Shown here: positions 18,517 to 26,651 of the stretch, piece by piece
Numbering within the stretch: the first letter of the stretch is position 1
How the letters are laid out: the number at the start of each line of letters is the position of its first letter
Origin: a virus
DNA length: 64,000 nucleotides
Virus record (IMG/VR): IMGVR_UViG_3300035698_026135
Span: 1 to 64,000 of that record
Direction: 5' to 3' (one strand)
Notes under the pieces: model-generated
The model's input: the letters and a program-made list of their open reading frames with translations, nothing else
What the model was told of the DNA's origin: nothing
Database searches by the model: none
Made by a program: the position numbers and the translations under genes

Positions 18517-19736
18517 TTTTGTCCGAAAACCCAAAATCAAAATGGTCAAAACAAAAAGTGGATTGTCGCTGCGATAAATGCAATTCTGAATTTGCAAGAA
18601 GATATGATATATTATACAAGAAAAAAGAACACTTATGTCAAACTTGTATTAATTTAGCAAACGGCGACCGTTTGCGAGGCCGCACTAGAATAAGAGTTGC
18701 CGTAGAAAAAGTTGCTGCTGCCCTCCGCGCACTAGGAGAAAGAAATAGGGTAACTCTATCTTGTGTTTATTGTTCAGAATCTTTTGTGGTTCCATATGCC
18801 AAACGAAGCAGGAAGTTTTGTTCAAGAGCCTGTTCTTCGAAAGGACAGGGAAGAAGAGTGGGTAAAAACAAAAATCTTTCTTTGTGCAAAATTTGCAAAG
18901 AAGAATTTAGCCATTATGGATCAAGAGATGTCTGTAGTCGCTCTTGTAATGTTGTAAAAATGAAAAAAGAGCGGCTCGGATCAAATAATCCGTCGTTCAA
19001 AGGAGAGGACAAATACACTAATAGGGAGTGTCCCAACTGCGGCGATGCCTTCAAGTTTTCAAGTGTCGGCCCACACAGAGATCAGGATAGGACCTTTTGC
19101 TCTCAGGAATGTTCTCATCTTTATCAGGTTGGTAAAAATAGTCCCCTCTTCCTTGAGGGGATAGATAGAGAATACCCTACTGAATTTAATAATAAATTAA
19201 GAAAAAAAATTCGAAAAAGAGACGATTTTGAATGCTCTCTCTGCGGAGGCGAAGAAGATAAAAAGCTAAGCATTCATCATATAGATTATAACAAAAGCAA
19301 TTTAAACGAAAACAATCTAATCACTCTTTGCTCTTCGTGTCATGCAACAACAAATTTTAATAGAGAGTTTTGGTCAATTTTTTATTCTGCGGTTTTATCT
19401 GGTTGCAAGATCGTAAAAAAGGGGTGGGGATGTGAAGCACACATCGTTAATAATGAAAGTTATTGTCTTAAATATTTGATATTTTTCCCAGGAAAAAAGT
19501 TTTCAAATCATTATCATTTACAAAAAAAAGAAACGTGGCATTGTTTGATCGGAAGCTTTTGTTGCTACATAGAGGATGACGAAGATACAAATTATTTTGT
19601 ATTTAAAAAAGGCGATATAATCACCCTAGAGAGGGGCGTAAAGCATCAGATTAAGGCGAATCAGTATTCTATTTTAACCGAGGTTTCAACTCAAGACTTT
19701 AAGGAAGACTCCTACAGGATCAAACGTGGAGACTGA
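18513..19736 (+). CDS. Zn-finger/HNH endonuclease fused in frame to a C-terminal cupin (sugar isomerase/epimerase-like)
   Basis: Repeated CxxC..FCSxxC motifs; RD.F.C..CG..LSIHHIDYNK.N....NLITLC..CH; from ~19407 KIVKKGWG.E..IVN...YC.K...F.PG...S.HYH..K.ETW...H..EVST.....DSYRI.RGD. Confidence 0.8.
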   Translation: MILSENPKSKWSKQKVDCRCDKCNSEFARRYDILYKKKEHLCQTCINLANGDRLRGRTRIRVAVEKVAAALRALGERNRVTLSCVYCSESFVVPYAKRSRKFCSRACSSKGQGRRVGKNKNLSLCKICKEEFSHYGSRDVCSRSCNVVKMKKERLGSNNPSFKGEDKYTNRECPNCGDAFKFSSVGPHRDQDRTFCSQECSHLYQVGKNSPLFLEGIDREYPTEFNNKLRKKIRKRDDFECSLCGGEEDKKLSIHHIDYNKSNLNENNLITLCSSCHATTNFNREFWSIFYSAVLSGCKIVKKGWGCEAHIVNNESYCLKYLIFFPGKKFSNHYHLQKKETWHCLIGSFCCYIEDDEDTNYFVFKKGDIITLERGVKHQIKANQYSILTEVSTQDFKEDSYRIKRGD

Positions 19737-19983
19737 AGAGACGTATTTGTGGCACCATAGCCCATTTTTGTCCTCTATTCCTACCGAGAGAGTGAAACAC
19801 AAACTCAAGATTATAAAGGAGACCGACATAGACGAGGGTGCGGTCTTTAGATTGGAAAATAACAAATTTTTATTTATCAGATTTTACGGAACGAGAAAAG
19901 ATTTAAGTTTGGGCTATACAGACATAAAAGAATTTGACAATTCAGAAGAAGCTGTTAAGATGTATGAGGAATTTTATGAATAA
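19726..19983 (+). CDS. Hypothetical protein
   Basis: 85-aa ORF overlapping its neighbours. Confidence 0.45.
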   Translation: METEETYLWHHSPFLSSIPTERVKHKLKIIKETDIDEGAVFRLENNKFLFIRFYGTRKDLSLGYTDIKEFDNSEEAVKMYEEFYE

Positions 19984-20335
19984 ATTACAAAGAAGAGAAG
20001 AGAAGACATTTCTCAAAGCGGAGATGACAAGAATGATGGCCGACATCGGTATCTCTAGGCGTTTCTTTCAAAGAAATATTCCCAAAGTCTCCGGCGAGGG
20101 TTATGAGTTCGCCCGCACCAAAGATGGCAAGAAGGCAAGCCTTCGACAACAATATTCTTTATTGAAGACCCTTCACGAATCTCACGTAGACATGAAAGAG
20201 ATGCTAAAACAACAAAAGGGAAACATAGAAAAAGATCAAGAATTTAAATCCTTTGGCTCTGATGCCATGGGAGATGGTGGAAGCCAACAAGAATTGTTAA
20301 ATAATGTAAAAAGTGTTTTCGATAGAAACAAATAA
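19976..20335 (+). CDS. Hypothetical protein (start moved to ATG 19976)
   Basis: GAGGA upstream of ATG 19976. Confidence 0.55.
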   Translation: MNKLQRREEKTFLKAEMTRMMADIGISRRFFQRNIPKVSGEGYEFARTKDGKKASLRQQYSLLKTLHESHVDMKEMLKQQKGNIEKDQEFKSFGSDAMGDGGSQQELLNNVKSVFDRNK

Positions 20336-20347
20336 GGAGATAGAAAA

Positions 20348-20497
20348 ATGCAAAGCAAAGAAGATGTAATGAGAAGTTTTTTTGAGACAAAGCCCGAGGG
20401 CGACGACGGGGAGAATGCGCAGCATCGATACGAAAGAGACAAGTTGCTATTGCTCGCCGTACTTGAGGTCCGCGACCTCCTGAGCCAAAAGAAGTAA
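20348..20497 (+). CDS. Hypothetical 49-aa protein (not in ORF track)
   Basis: AAGGAG SD; MQSKEDVMRSFFETKPEGDDGENAQHRYERDKLLLLAVLEVRDLLSQKK; TAATG overlap with the next gene. Confidence 0.55.
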   Translation: MQSKEDVMRSFFETKPEGDDGENAQHRYERDKLLLLAVLEVRDLLSQKK

Positions 20498-20706
20498 TGC
20501 CTCTTTATGCCTATGAATGTCCTGACTGCGGGAAAGTGGAGGAGCATCTCCTCAAACTCTCAGAGAGAGAGGACCCTGTTTTTTGTGAACAGGATGGGTC
20601 AAAGATGACTCCAATCCTCTCGTGCATAGCGAGAGACAGGAAGGGCGCGGGTCTTTATTCTATTGATACCGCAAACGTTGAGAAATGGGGAGACTACGAT
20701 GGATAG
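20497..20706 (+). CDS. FmdB-family zinc-ribbon protein
   Basis: MPLYAYECPDCG...E.L......DP..C..DG..M...LS. Confidence 0.75.
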   Translation: MPLYAYECPDCGKVEEHLLKLSEREDPVFCEQDGSKMTPILSCIARDRKGAGLYSIDTANVEKWGDYDG

Positions 20707-21151
20707 CAATATTATTATAGTTTTTTCTGTCTTTTTGACATTCGCAATCGGCGGAGTTTTAATTCTTGCTTTCAAATTAGACAAGCAATCAAAAGATTTA
20801 AAAGATAGAGAATCAGAAATTAAAGACCTACTACACCAAATTGTTGCGTCCAACGACGAGAAAGTCTTGATCCAGCAGGCCTCTCTTGATGTAGTAGGGC
20901 AGAATGCCAACCTAGAAGAGTTAAATAGGGATTTGGTAACACTAACACAGCAGTACGAAGGATTCATCTTTGATGTTTCCAATTTGATAACTACTGACGT
21001 CGACTTTTTGCGCGGGTCTTTGGCAAGAAAGCTTTCTTTGGATATACCTGAAGTTCAGGATTTATACAGAGGCTTAGAGCTTTTCAAGGTCAAGATCAAC
21101 ACTATAAAAGATTTGATTGCAGAAGCGAGAAAGATTAAGGATGTAGAATAA
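20699..21151 (+). CDS. Membrane-anchored coiled-coil protein (start moved to ATG 20699)
   Basis: N-terminal hydrophobic helix IIIVFSVFLTFAIGGVLILAF followed by heptad-like sequence; GGGGAG SD. Confidence 0.6.
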   Translation: MDSNIIIVFSVFLTFAIGGVLILAFKLDKQSKDLKDRESEIKDLLHQIVASNDEKVLIQQASLDVVGQNANLEELNRDLVTLTQQYEGFIFDVSNLITTDVDFLRGSLARKLSLDIPEVQDLYRGLELFKVKINTIKDLIAEARKIKDVE

Positions 21152-21154
21152 TAT

Positions 21155-21820
21155 ATGTATTTTGGAGACGATGTAGATCAAGCCATTGTGCTTTTTCAAC
21201 TTGAAACAGATAAAGACTTAAAGAACGAAGTTTTCATAAACGATATAAAGCCGGCCTTCGACAAGCTGATAACATATCATTACTTTAGACTTCCTCCTTC
21301 CATCAGAGAAGAGGAGATGAAGCACGATTGTTTGTCTGACCTGTACGAAAAGATAGGAAAGTTTAATAGCGAACATAAAAGGGCATTCCCTTATTTTAAT
21401 GTTATTACAAAACATTTTTTCATACAGAAGCTAAAAAAGAAGAGAAAAAAGGCTGCCATCGATAAGAGCACAGAGAGTCTCAGTGATTATTATGCCAATC
21501 AAAGCTCTTTTGACGAACATCTATCTGTGGCCGCATTCGATGAAGAATATGAGAAAGTCGAGTTTTTGAACATTTTCAAGGAACATCTCCCTCGCTGGCG
21601 AGATCAATTCGGAAAAGAGCAAGAGAGGTTGGTCGTGGATTCTCTGATCTCTTTGTTCGAAAATGTTGACAAAATAGATATTTATAACAAAAAGGCTATA
21701 TTTTTCTATTTAAAGGAGATGACCGATCTCAATTCTAAACAAATAGCGACAAACCTTAATAAAATCAAGAAGAAATTTGTCCTTTTAAAGAAGCAATATA
21801 ATCACGGAGGAATTAGTTGA
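21155..21820 (+). CDS. Putative phage late-transcription sigma factor (gp55-like)
   Basis: YF..DVDQAIV.F; DCL..L.EKI.KFN....RAFPYFNVITK.FFIQ resembles sigma region 2; lies just ahead of the structural genes. Confidence 0.55.
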   Translation: MYFGDDVDQAIVLFQLETDKDLKNEVFINDIKPAFDKLITYHYFRLPPSIREEEMKHDCLSDLYEKIGKFNSEHKRAFPYFNVITKHFFIQKLKKKRKKAAIDKSTESLSDYYANQSSFDEHLSVAAFDEEYEKVEFLNIFKEHLPRWRDQFGKEQERLVVDSLISLFENVDKIDIYNKKAIFFYLKEMTDLNSKQIATNLNKIKKKFVLLKKQYNHGGIS

Positions 21821-22144
21821 TTGTCCAAAAAGAAAAAAGATTTAGAAGAGCTTGTAAATGAAGCCCTCAGAAACGTAGTCGCGGATCGAAATAAGGTCCT
21901 TGAGGCCTATAAGAGCATGGAAGACCTTGGAGTGTTTTCTAACGCCGAACAGACAATGATGGCTGGATCAACAGCAGTTAAGCTTTTGGAGCAACTAACA
22001 AAGGCAAACGATCAAATTGTCAAATTGGCACAGATTAAAGAGCGAGAAGAATCTCGCCAAAAGAAAGTCGATGATGACGGCCCGAACAAGCCTTTTGATA
22101 TCGAAGCCCTCCGCGCACTCCAAGATGCCGAAGAGGCAAACTGA
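21821..22144 (+). CDS. Hypothetical helical protein
   Basis: 107-aa ORF with TTG start; LEQLTKANDQIVKLA. Confidence 0.6.
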   Translation: MSKKKKDLEELVNEALRNVVADRNKVLEAYKSMEDLGVFSNAEQTMMAGSTAVKLLEQLTKANDQIVKLAQIKEREESRQKKVDDDGPNKPFDIEALRALQDAEEAN

Positions 22145-22368
22145 TGTCTTTGGAAAATAGTCAGACAGAAGATCTGGAAAGTAGGTGGCAACAACAAATA
22201 AAAAGGTACACCGAAGAATTAAAGCTGTTCAAAAATGCTCTGATCAAAATAAATAAAATAAGGGAAGAGCTTCTTTTGATTCGAGAAGAGCTTGTCTCTC
22301 GAAATATCGAGGTTGACGAAGATATTCCCGAAGGAGCCGAAGAAAAGAGTTGCCAAAACGAAGCGTAG
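22144..22368 (+). CDS. Hypothetical coiled-coil protein
   Basis: 74-aa ORF with a TGATG overlap. Confidence 0.5.
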   Translation: MSLENSQTEDLESRWQQQIKRYTEELKLFKNALIKINKIREELLLIREELVSRNIEVDEDIPEGAEEKSCQNEA

Positions 22369-23456
22369 AAGATCTTCTATATCCCGAACGAGGTTTCTTC
22401 AGGATGGTGAAGGACTATTCGGATGGAAAACTTTCTAACGACGACAACACGTTGTTCTACAGAGCAGTTGTGATCGATGTTGATTCTATAGGCGGACAGC
22501 TAGAGTCTAACCCCCCCAATCCCAAAGGGAGCATAAGAGCACGTATCTACACCAGGGGGATGGATTCCACGACTCCCGATGATGCTTTGACTATTTTTCA
22601 TCCCTTCTTCCCCGGTAATATATCTCAGGGCTTGGAGCCTGACGAACACGTTTTTGTTATCTTCGAAGACCCAGGACAGACAAATGGAATGTGGGTAACC
22701 ACGGTTCCTGCGTTCCGAGATCAAAATTTCAGAGATCCCGAAGAGCCGAGGCAAAAGAAAGCAAGCTCCGCTAACACGTTCGAGGGAACAGACCCAGGAT
22801 CGACAAGAGACAGCAATAGAGACTTGGCCTTCGGAGGAACAGCAGAAGCAGACTTTGCAAGAGAAGAGGTCGTAAGCACCTTCGTTGGATCTTCGGACTC
22901 CCTATTTAAGGATAAAAAAGTTTTACATATCGGCGACAGCTTAGCGGGAACAGGCTTCGGAAAAGAGTTGGGAGCCCTCATAAGAGAGGAAGGCGCAAAG
23001 TCATATAAGGCAGACAGCAGAAAGAACTGGGGTGTCGCCGCATGGAATAGGGGATATATCGACAAAAACAACAAACAAACAAACGCCCAAGAGGCCGTAG
23101 AGGAGGAGTCTCCAGATGTCGTACTGATCTCACTGGGCGTCAACGATCATGTCTCTGCGGCCGGGAACCCAGACGACTACACACAAGAAGCAGCAGCCCT
23201 TATGGCATTGGTATCTTCTGCCCCTAAGGTTATTTGGATTACTCCTCCAACCGTAACGGGCAAGGCCTCGCTCAGAAATTCTGGATTGGTCACGGTTAGA
23301 GAGTCTATATATGCCGCAACCCAAGGCCGTTTTGTCGAATCTAAAGATCTCACTGGAGAATCAGAGAGAAACAAAAACGGAATTCAATTCGCAGCTCGTG
23401 GAGCCAAACTGTATGCAGAAGCGATTATGGCTCGACTGAAAAGGGGTTCTTTCTAA
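22350..23456 (+). CDS. Baseplate hub/spike (gp5-like N-terminal OB region) fused to an SGNH/GDSL hydrolase-like domain
   Basis: RAVVIDV..GSIRAR...HPFFP....P.EHVFVIF (gp5-N-like). HIGDSL and ISLGVND are present, but block V reads NGIQF instead of DGxHx. Confidence 0.6.
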   Translation: MPKRSVEDLLYPERGFFRMVKDYSDGKLSNDDNTLFYRAVVIDVDSIGGQLESNPPNPKGSIRARIYTRGMDSTTPDDALTIFHPFFPGNISQGLEPDEHVFVIFEDPGQTNGMWVTTVPAFRDQNFRDPEEPRQKKASSANTFEGTDPGSTRDSNRDLAFGGTAEADFAREEVVSTFVGSSDSLFKDKKVLHIGDSLAGTGFGKELGALIREEGAKSYKADSRKNWGVAAWNRGYIDKNNKQTNAQEAVEEESPDVVLISLGVNDHVSAAGNPDDYTQEAAALMALVSSAPKVIWITPPTVTGKASLRNSGLVTVRESIYAATQGRFVESKDLTGESERNKNGIQFAARGAKLYAEAIMARLKRGSF

Positions 23457-24088
23457 TGGCAATACGAGAAATTATAGCAAACTTTATAGAAAGGGCTTCG
23501 GACGTTGTTTACTACGGGAGAAACGCGTCACGCATCGTGCTCGGAACAGACAGAAAAGATAGAGTTGATTCTGGCTATGGAGATTCGTCTGAGTCGGCCG
23601 AGACCGAAAGTTCCATGATAGATATGGTTGCAGGCTACACCAAACAAAATCCAGATTATATAAACGATAAATCCAGGATTCTCATCGCCGCAAAAACAGA
23701 TCCTGACGATTATTTTACGATGGAGCTGGGAGAAAGTCAGAAAGCCGTAGGTGCAATCGTGTTGGTCTCGGATAATATTTATTTAAAAGCTAGAAATAAT
23801 ATCAAGATAAGAAATGGAAATGCTACGATTTTGATAAAATCTGATGGAAATATTGAGATAGAGACTCCCGAAAATACAAACATTAAGAGCGGAGATTCGG
23901 TTTTGACGATGGAGTCTAATGGAGATATAACTATGGGCTCAGAATCAGGCCAGGCAGTGAGAATTATTACTGAAAACGATACCTGCACTGGGCCAGATAG
24001 CACAACTGGAGCCCCGATAATTTCAAGATTTGTCAAAACTCTTCCCGGCGCGTTGGTCAACAACAATAAAGTTAAAATTAAAATATAG
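23456..24088 (+). CDS. Baseplate spike C-terminal (gp5-C-like beta-helix) protein
   Basis: DVVYYGRNASRIVLGTDR; repeated I.I.SDGNI.I strands; position next to gp25. Confidence 0.55.
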   Translation: MAIREIIANFIERASDVVYYGRNASRIVLGTDRKDRVDSGYGDSSESAETESSMIDMVAGYTKQNPDYINDKSRILIAAKTDPDDYFTMELGESQKAVGAIVLVSDNIYLKARNNIKIRNGNATILIKSDGNIEIETPENTNIKSGDSVLTMESNGDITMGSESGQAVRIITENDTCTGPDSTTGAPIISRFVKTLPGALVNNNKVKIKI

Positions 24089-24786
24089 TGGAAAAGTCAA
24101 ACTATAGTATCTATTTCCTTAGGTGTCCTATTGAAAATATCGTTAGATATATCGGCATAAGCACCGATCCAGAAAGGAGATATAGAGGACACTTAAAAAA
24201 GTCCAAAAGAGACAATCTACATAAGAGTAACTGGTTCGATAAGATTGAGAAAGAAAACAAAAAACCAATATTGGAAATATATAAATCCGGTCTCTCAAAG
24301 AAGCTAGCTTGCGCTAGAGAAATTGAACTAATAGCCGAATATAGAGATAGACTAGGAAAAAAATTAACAAACATCCATAAAGGGGGAGGCACTCCGCCTC
24401 TTCAGCTAGGCGAAAAAAACTTTAATTATGGAAAATCCTGGGGGCGAAAAGGTCCTCAGCCTCATTTGAAAGGAGGCAATAATCCGTCAAGCAGCGCGGA
24501 AATAAAAAACAAAATATCTCTGGCCAAATCAATCCCCGTTAAACAATATGACTTAGGTGGAAATTTTATAAAGTTGTGGCCCGGAGCTTCTTTTGCCGCC
24601 GCGACCACAAAAATCAAAAGATATAAGACTAGGCCAATACTTCAAATAGATGAAACAGGAAGCGTGATAAGAGAATATGTTTCTGCTCGCGAAGCAAAGA
24701 GGACGACTGGATTCAAGTCTATCGCGGACGTTGTCGACAACCCTAATCGTAAATGCGGCGGTTACATCTGGAAATACAAAGATTAA
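24088..24786 (+). CDS. GIY-YIG homing endonuclease with NUMOD1 repeats
   Basis: YSIYFL..P....VRYIG.S..PERRY..H, REIELI, LTNI.KGG, PVKQYDLGGNFIK.W, GGYIWKY. Confidence 0.85.
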   Translation: MEKSNYSIYFLRCPIENIVRYIGISTDPERRYRGHLKKSKRDNLHKSNWFDKIEKENKKPILEIYKSGLSKKLACAREIELIAEYRDRLGKKLTNIHKGGGTPPLQLGEKNFNYGKSWGRKGPQPHLKGGNNPSSSAEIKNKISLAKSIPVKQYDLGGNFIKLWPGASFAAATTKIKRYKTRPILQIDETGSVIREYVSAREAKRTTGFKSIADVVDNPNRKCGGYIWKYKD

Positions 24787-25527
24787 ATGTCTAGCCTTAT
24801 TGAAAATTTATCAAAAGAATTCGATGGGTTTCCCAAGAATCTATCCGAAGGCAAGCCGGGCCCAGGAGTTAAAGATATAAACAACGCACTCCTAGAGGCA
24901 ATAAACACGCATATTGCCTCTCCGGATTCTCCGTCTGATTCTTTTTTGCCGCTGGACTTCGGGGAAACCTGGAAAGGCGCATATAAAGCAGAGGGTCTGC
25001 CGACAAAAGATTTAATCTCCCAAGCGAATCATATAGATCCCCTCCTATCTCTTGTCTTGGCGGACGCTGTATCCTCGCTCATGACACTCTTGGCCGCCTC
25101 AATGCTCTCCTCGCCACCACCAATCGCCATCGCATCTGAGGGCGTCGTAGGCGCAGCGTTAACCGCAACAGGCGGAGCGCCAGCTCTAGCAGCCATGACG
25201 GCGGCATCAAAGGCGGCCCAGGCCATCCCAGCAGGAGGAGGGCTCCCTGGGATTCCGGCCATCATAGCAGCAGGAATCACCGCATTGGTGCCTTTGACTC
25301 TAAAAAATCCTCAAAATGCCAATAAAGTCAAAGATTTAGATTTTAAATTAGCAAACGTTGGAGTCCCTGCGGCTGACAAGCAACGCCCTGCGGCCTGGAA
25401 TATAGTGAAATCCCAAGTTCTTCTAATACCTTACGACCCCAAAATGAAGGGGGACTTGGCAGCTAAATATTGGAATGCAATCCTACTTACAATAAATGAA
25501 GGATCTCCCGGGATAAAATCAGAGTGA
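24787..25527 (+). CDS. Hypothetical baseplate-region protein with an Ala/Gly/Pro-rich hydrophobic core
   Basis: 246-aa ORF between the spike and gp25 genes. Confidence 0.6.
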   Translation: MSSLIENLSKEFDGFPKNLSEGKPGPGVKDINNALLEAINTHIASPDSPSDSFLPLDFGETWKGAYKAEGLPTKDLISQANHIDPLLSLVLADAVSSLMTLLAASMLSSPPPIAIASEGVVGAALTATGGAPALAAMTAASKAAQAIPAGGGLPGIPAIIAAGITALVPLTLKNPQNANKVKDLDFKLANVGVPAADKQRPAAWNIVKSQVLLIPYDPKMKGDLAAKYWNAILLTINEGSPGIKSE

Positions 25528-26216
25528 ATCAATATAATCTATATGTACTGGTTGATCCAGGTAAAAAATCTGTGAGATATGTCGGAATTACAAATAATGT
25601 ACAGCGAAGATTTGGGGAACACAAGAGATGTGTTGGTAGAAACAGACGAAAAGACAACTGGATTAAAAAATTAAAAAGAAATAATAAAGAGCCAGAAATA
25701 AAAATATTGAGAGAAGATTTGTCTGTGACCGACGCCTTACGCTTAGAGGAATTTTTGATAAAGTTTTTAATATTTAAGTGCGGATTTAGGCTTTTAAATA
25801 TTATCATAAAAGATTTTTGCTATCCTGCTATAGGAAACAAAAATTGGTTAGGCCGGAAACATAAGCCAGAGACTATAGAAAAAATGAAGGCCAACTTCAC
25901 TCCAGAAAGAAGGGGGTTTTATTCAAAATTACATAAAAACAAAGTCGTTTCAAGAGAGACGAGAAGAAAAATGTCCCTAAAACACGCCGATGTTTCGGGC
26001 GACAACAATCCTTTCTATGGAAAGAGACATACAAAAAAATCTCTAAAAAAAATGAGAAAACCCAAAAAAAGATGTAAAATCAATATTGAGATAGACAAAG
26101 AAATAAAAACTCTCACTCAATGGTCTTTTATTTCTGGCACCAATCGCCACACCATCTACACAAGACTGAGCAGAGGGTGGCCCAAAAGAGACGCTATTTT
26201 TGGGAGGAATTCATAA
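25524..26216 (+). CDS. GIY-YIG homing endonuclease with NUMOD3 repeats
   Basis: YNLYVLVDP...VRYVGIT....RRFGEH, LEEFLI, GRKHKPETIEKM, SRETRRKMS, NPFYGKRHT. Confidence 0.85.
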   Translation: MNQYNLYVLVDPGKKSVRYVGITNNVQRRFGEHKRCVGRNRRKDNWIKKLKRNNKEPEIKILREDLSVTDALRLEEFLIKFLIFKCGFRLLNIIIKDFCYPAIGNKNWLGRKHKPETIEKMKANFTPERRGFYSKLHKNKVVSRETRRKMSLKHADVSGDNNPFYGKRHTKKSLKKMRKPKKRCKINIEIDKEIKTLTQWSFISGTNRHTIYTRLSRGWPKRDAIFGRNS

Positions 26217-26650
26217 TGGCCGCAATTTCGAGGATAATTTATGGCTTTCTAAGCCAATCAACAGATCCGATCAACATCTCCGTCCCCTGGGAGATTTCGA
26301 ACAGAGATGGCGCTTTTCGTATGAATTATACGAAAACAGAGGCCGTTTTAGACAACCTTAAGGTCTGGGCAAAGACGAACCGTGGTGATCGACCCATGAG
26401 GTTTGAATTTGGCCTTGATGCTCGAAGGATGCTTTTTGAGCCCGAGCCCATAATTAAAGAAGTTTTACAAAATAGAGCAAAAGAACAACTTTCTAGGTAT
26501 TTTGGCTTTCTTAAAATAATTAAACTAGAAGTTCTTACAAATGGAGACGATTCAGACATCCCTCCCAATGCAATTAGGTTCAATCTCGAAGTCTCCTTTA
26601 AAGATCAGGAAGAGCAAATAATTAAAGTTTCCGAAGATATAGGAAAATAA
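26216..26650 (+). CDS. gp25: Baseplate wedge protein, gp25/GPW family (start moved to ATG 26216)
   Basis: EAVLDNL....TN.G.RPM..EFG.D....LFEP. Confidence 0.8.
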   Translation: MAAISRIIYGFLSQSTDPINISVPWEISNRDGAFRMNYTKTEAVLDNLKVWAKTNRGDRPMRFEFGLDARRMLFEPEPIIKEVLQNRAKEQLSRYFGFLKIIKLEVLTNGDDSDIPPNAIRFNLEVSFKDQEEQIIKVSEDIGK

Positions 26651-26651
26651 G

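Noticed and set aside
363-19736. Bacterial LPS/capsule locus or DNA hypermodification cluster
   Set aside because: Interspersed with phage homing endonucleases and contiguous with virion genes, with no wzx/wzy/ABC exporters. No hydroxymethylase or TET/JBP is visible in the window, so DNA modification is less favoured though not excluded.
21821-22144. Terminase small subunit
   Set aside because: Helical and of plausible size, but far from terL and without a motif I can support.
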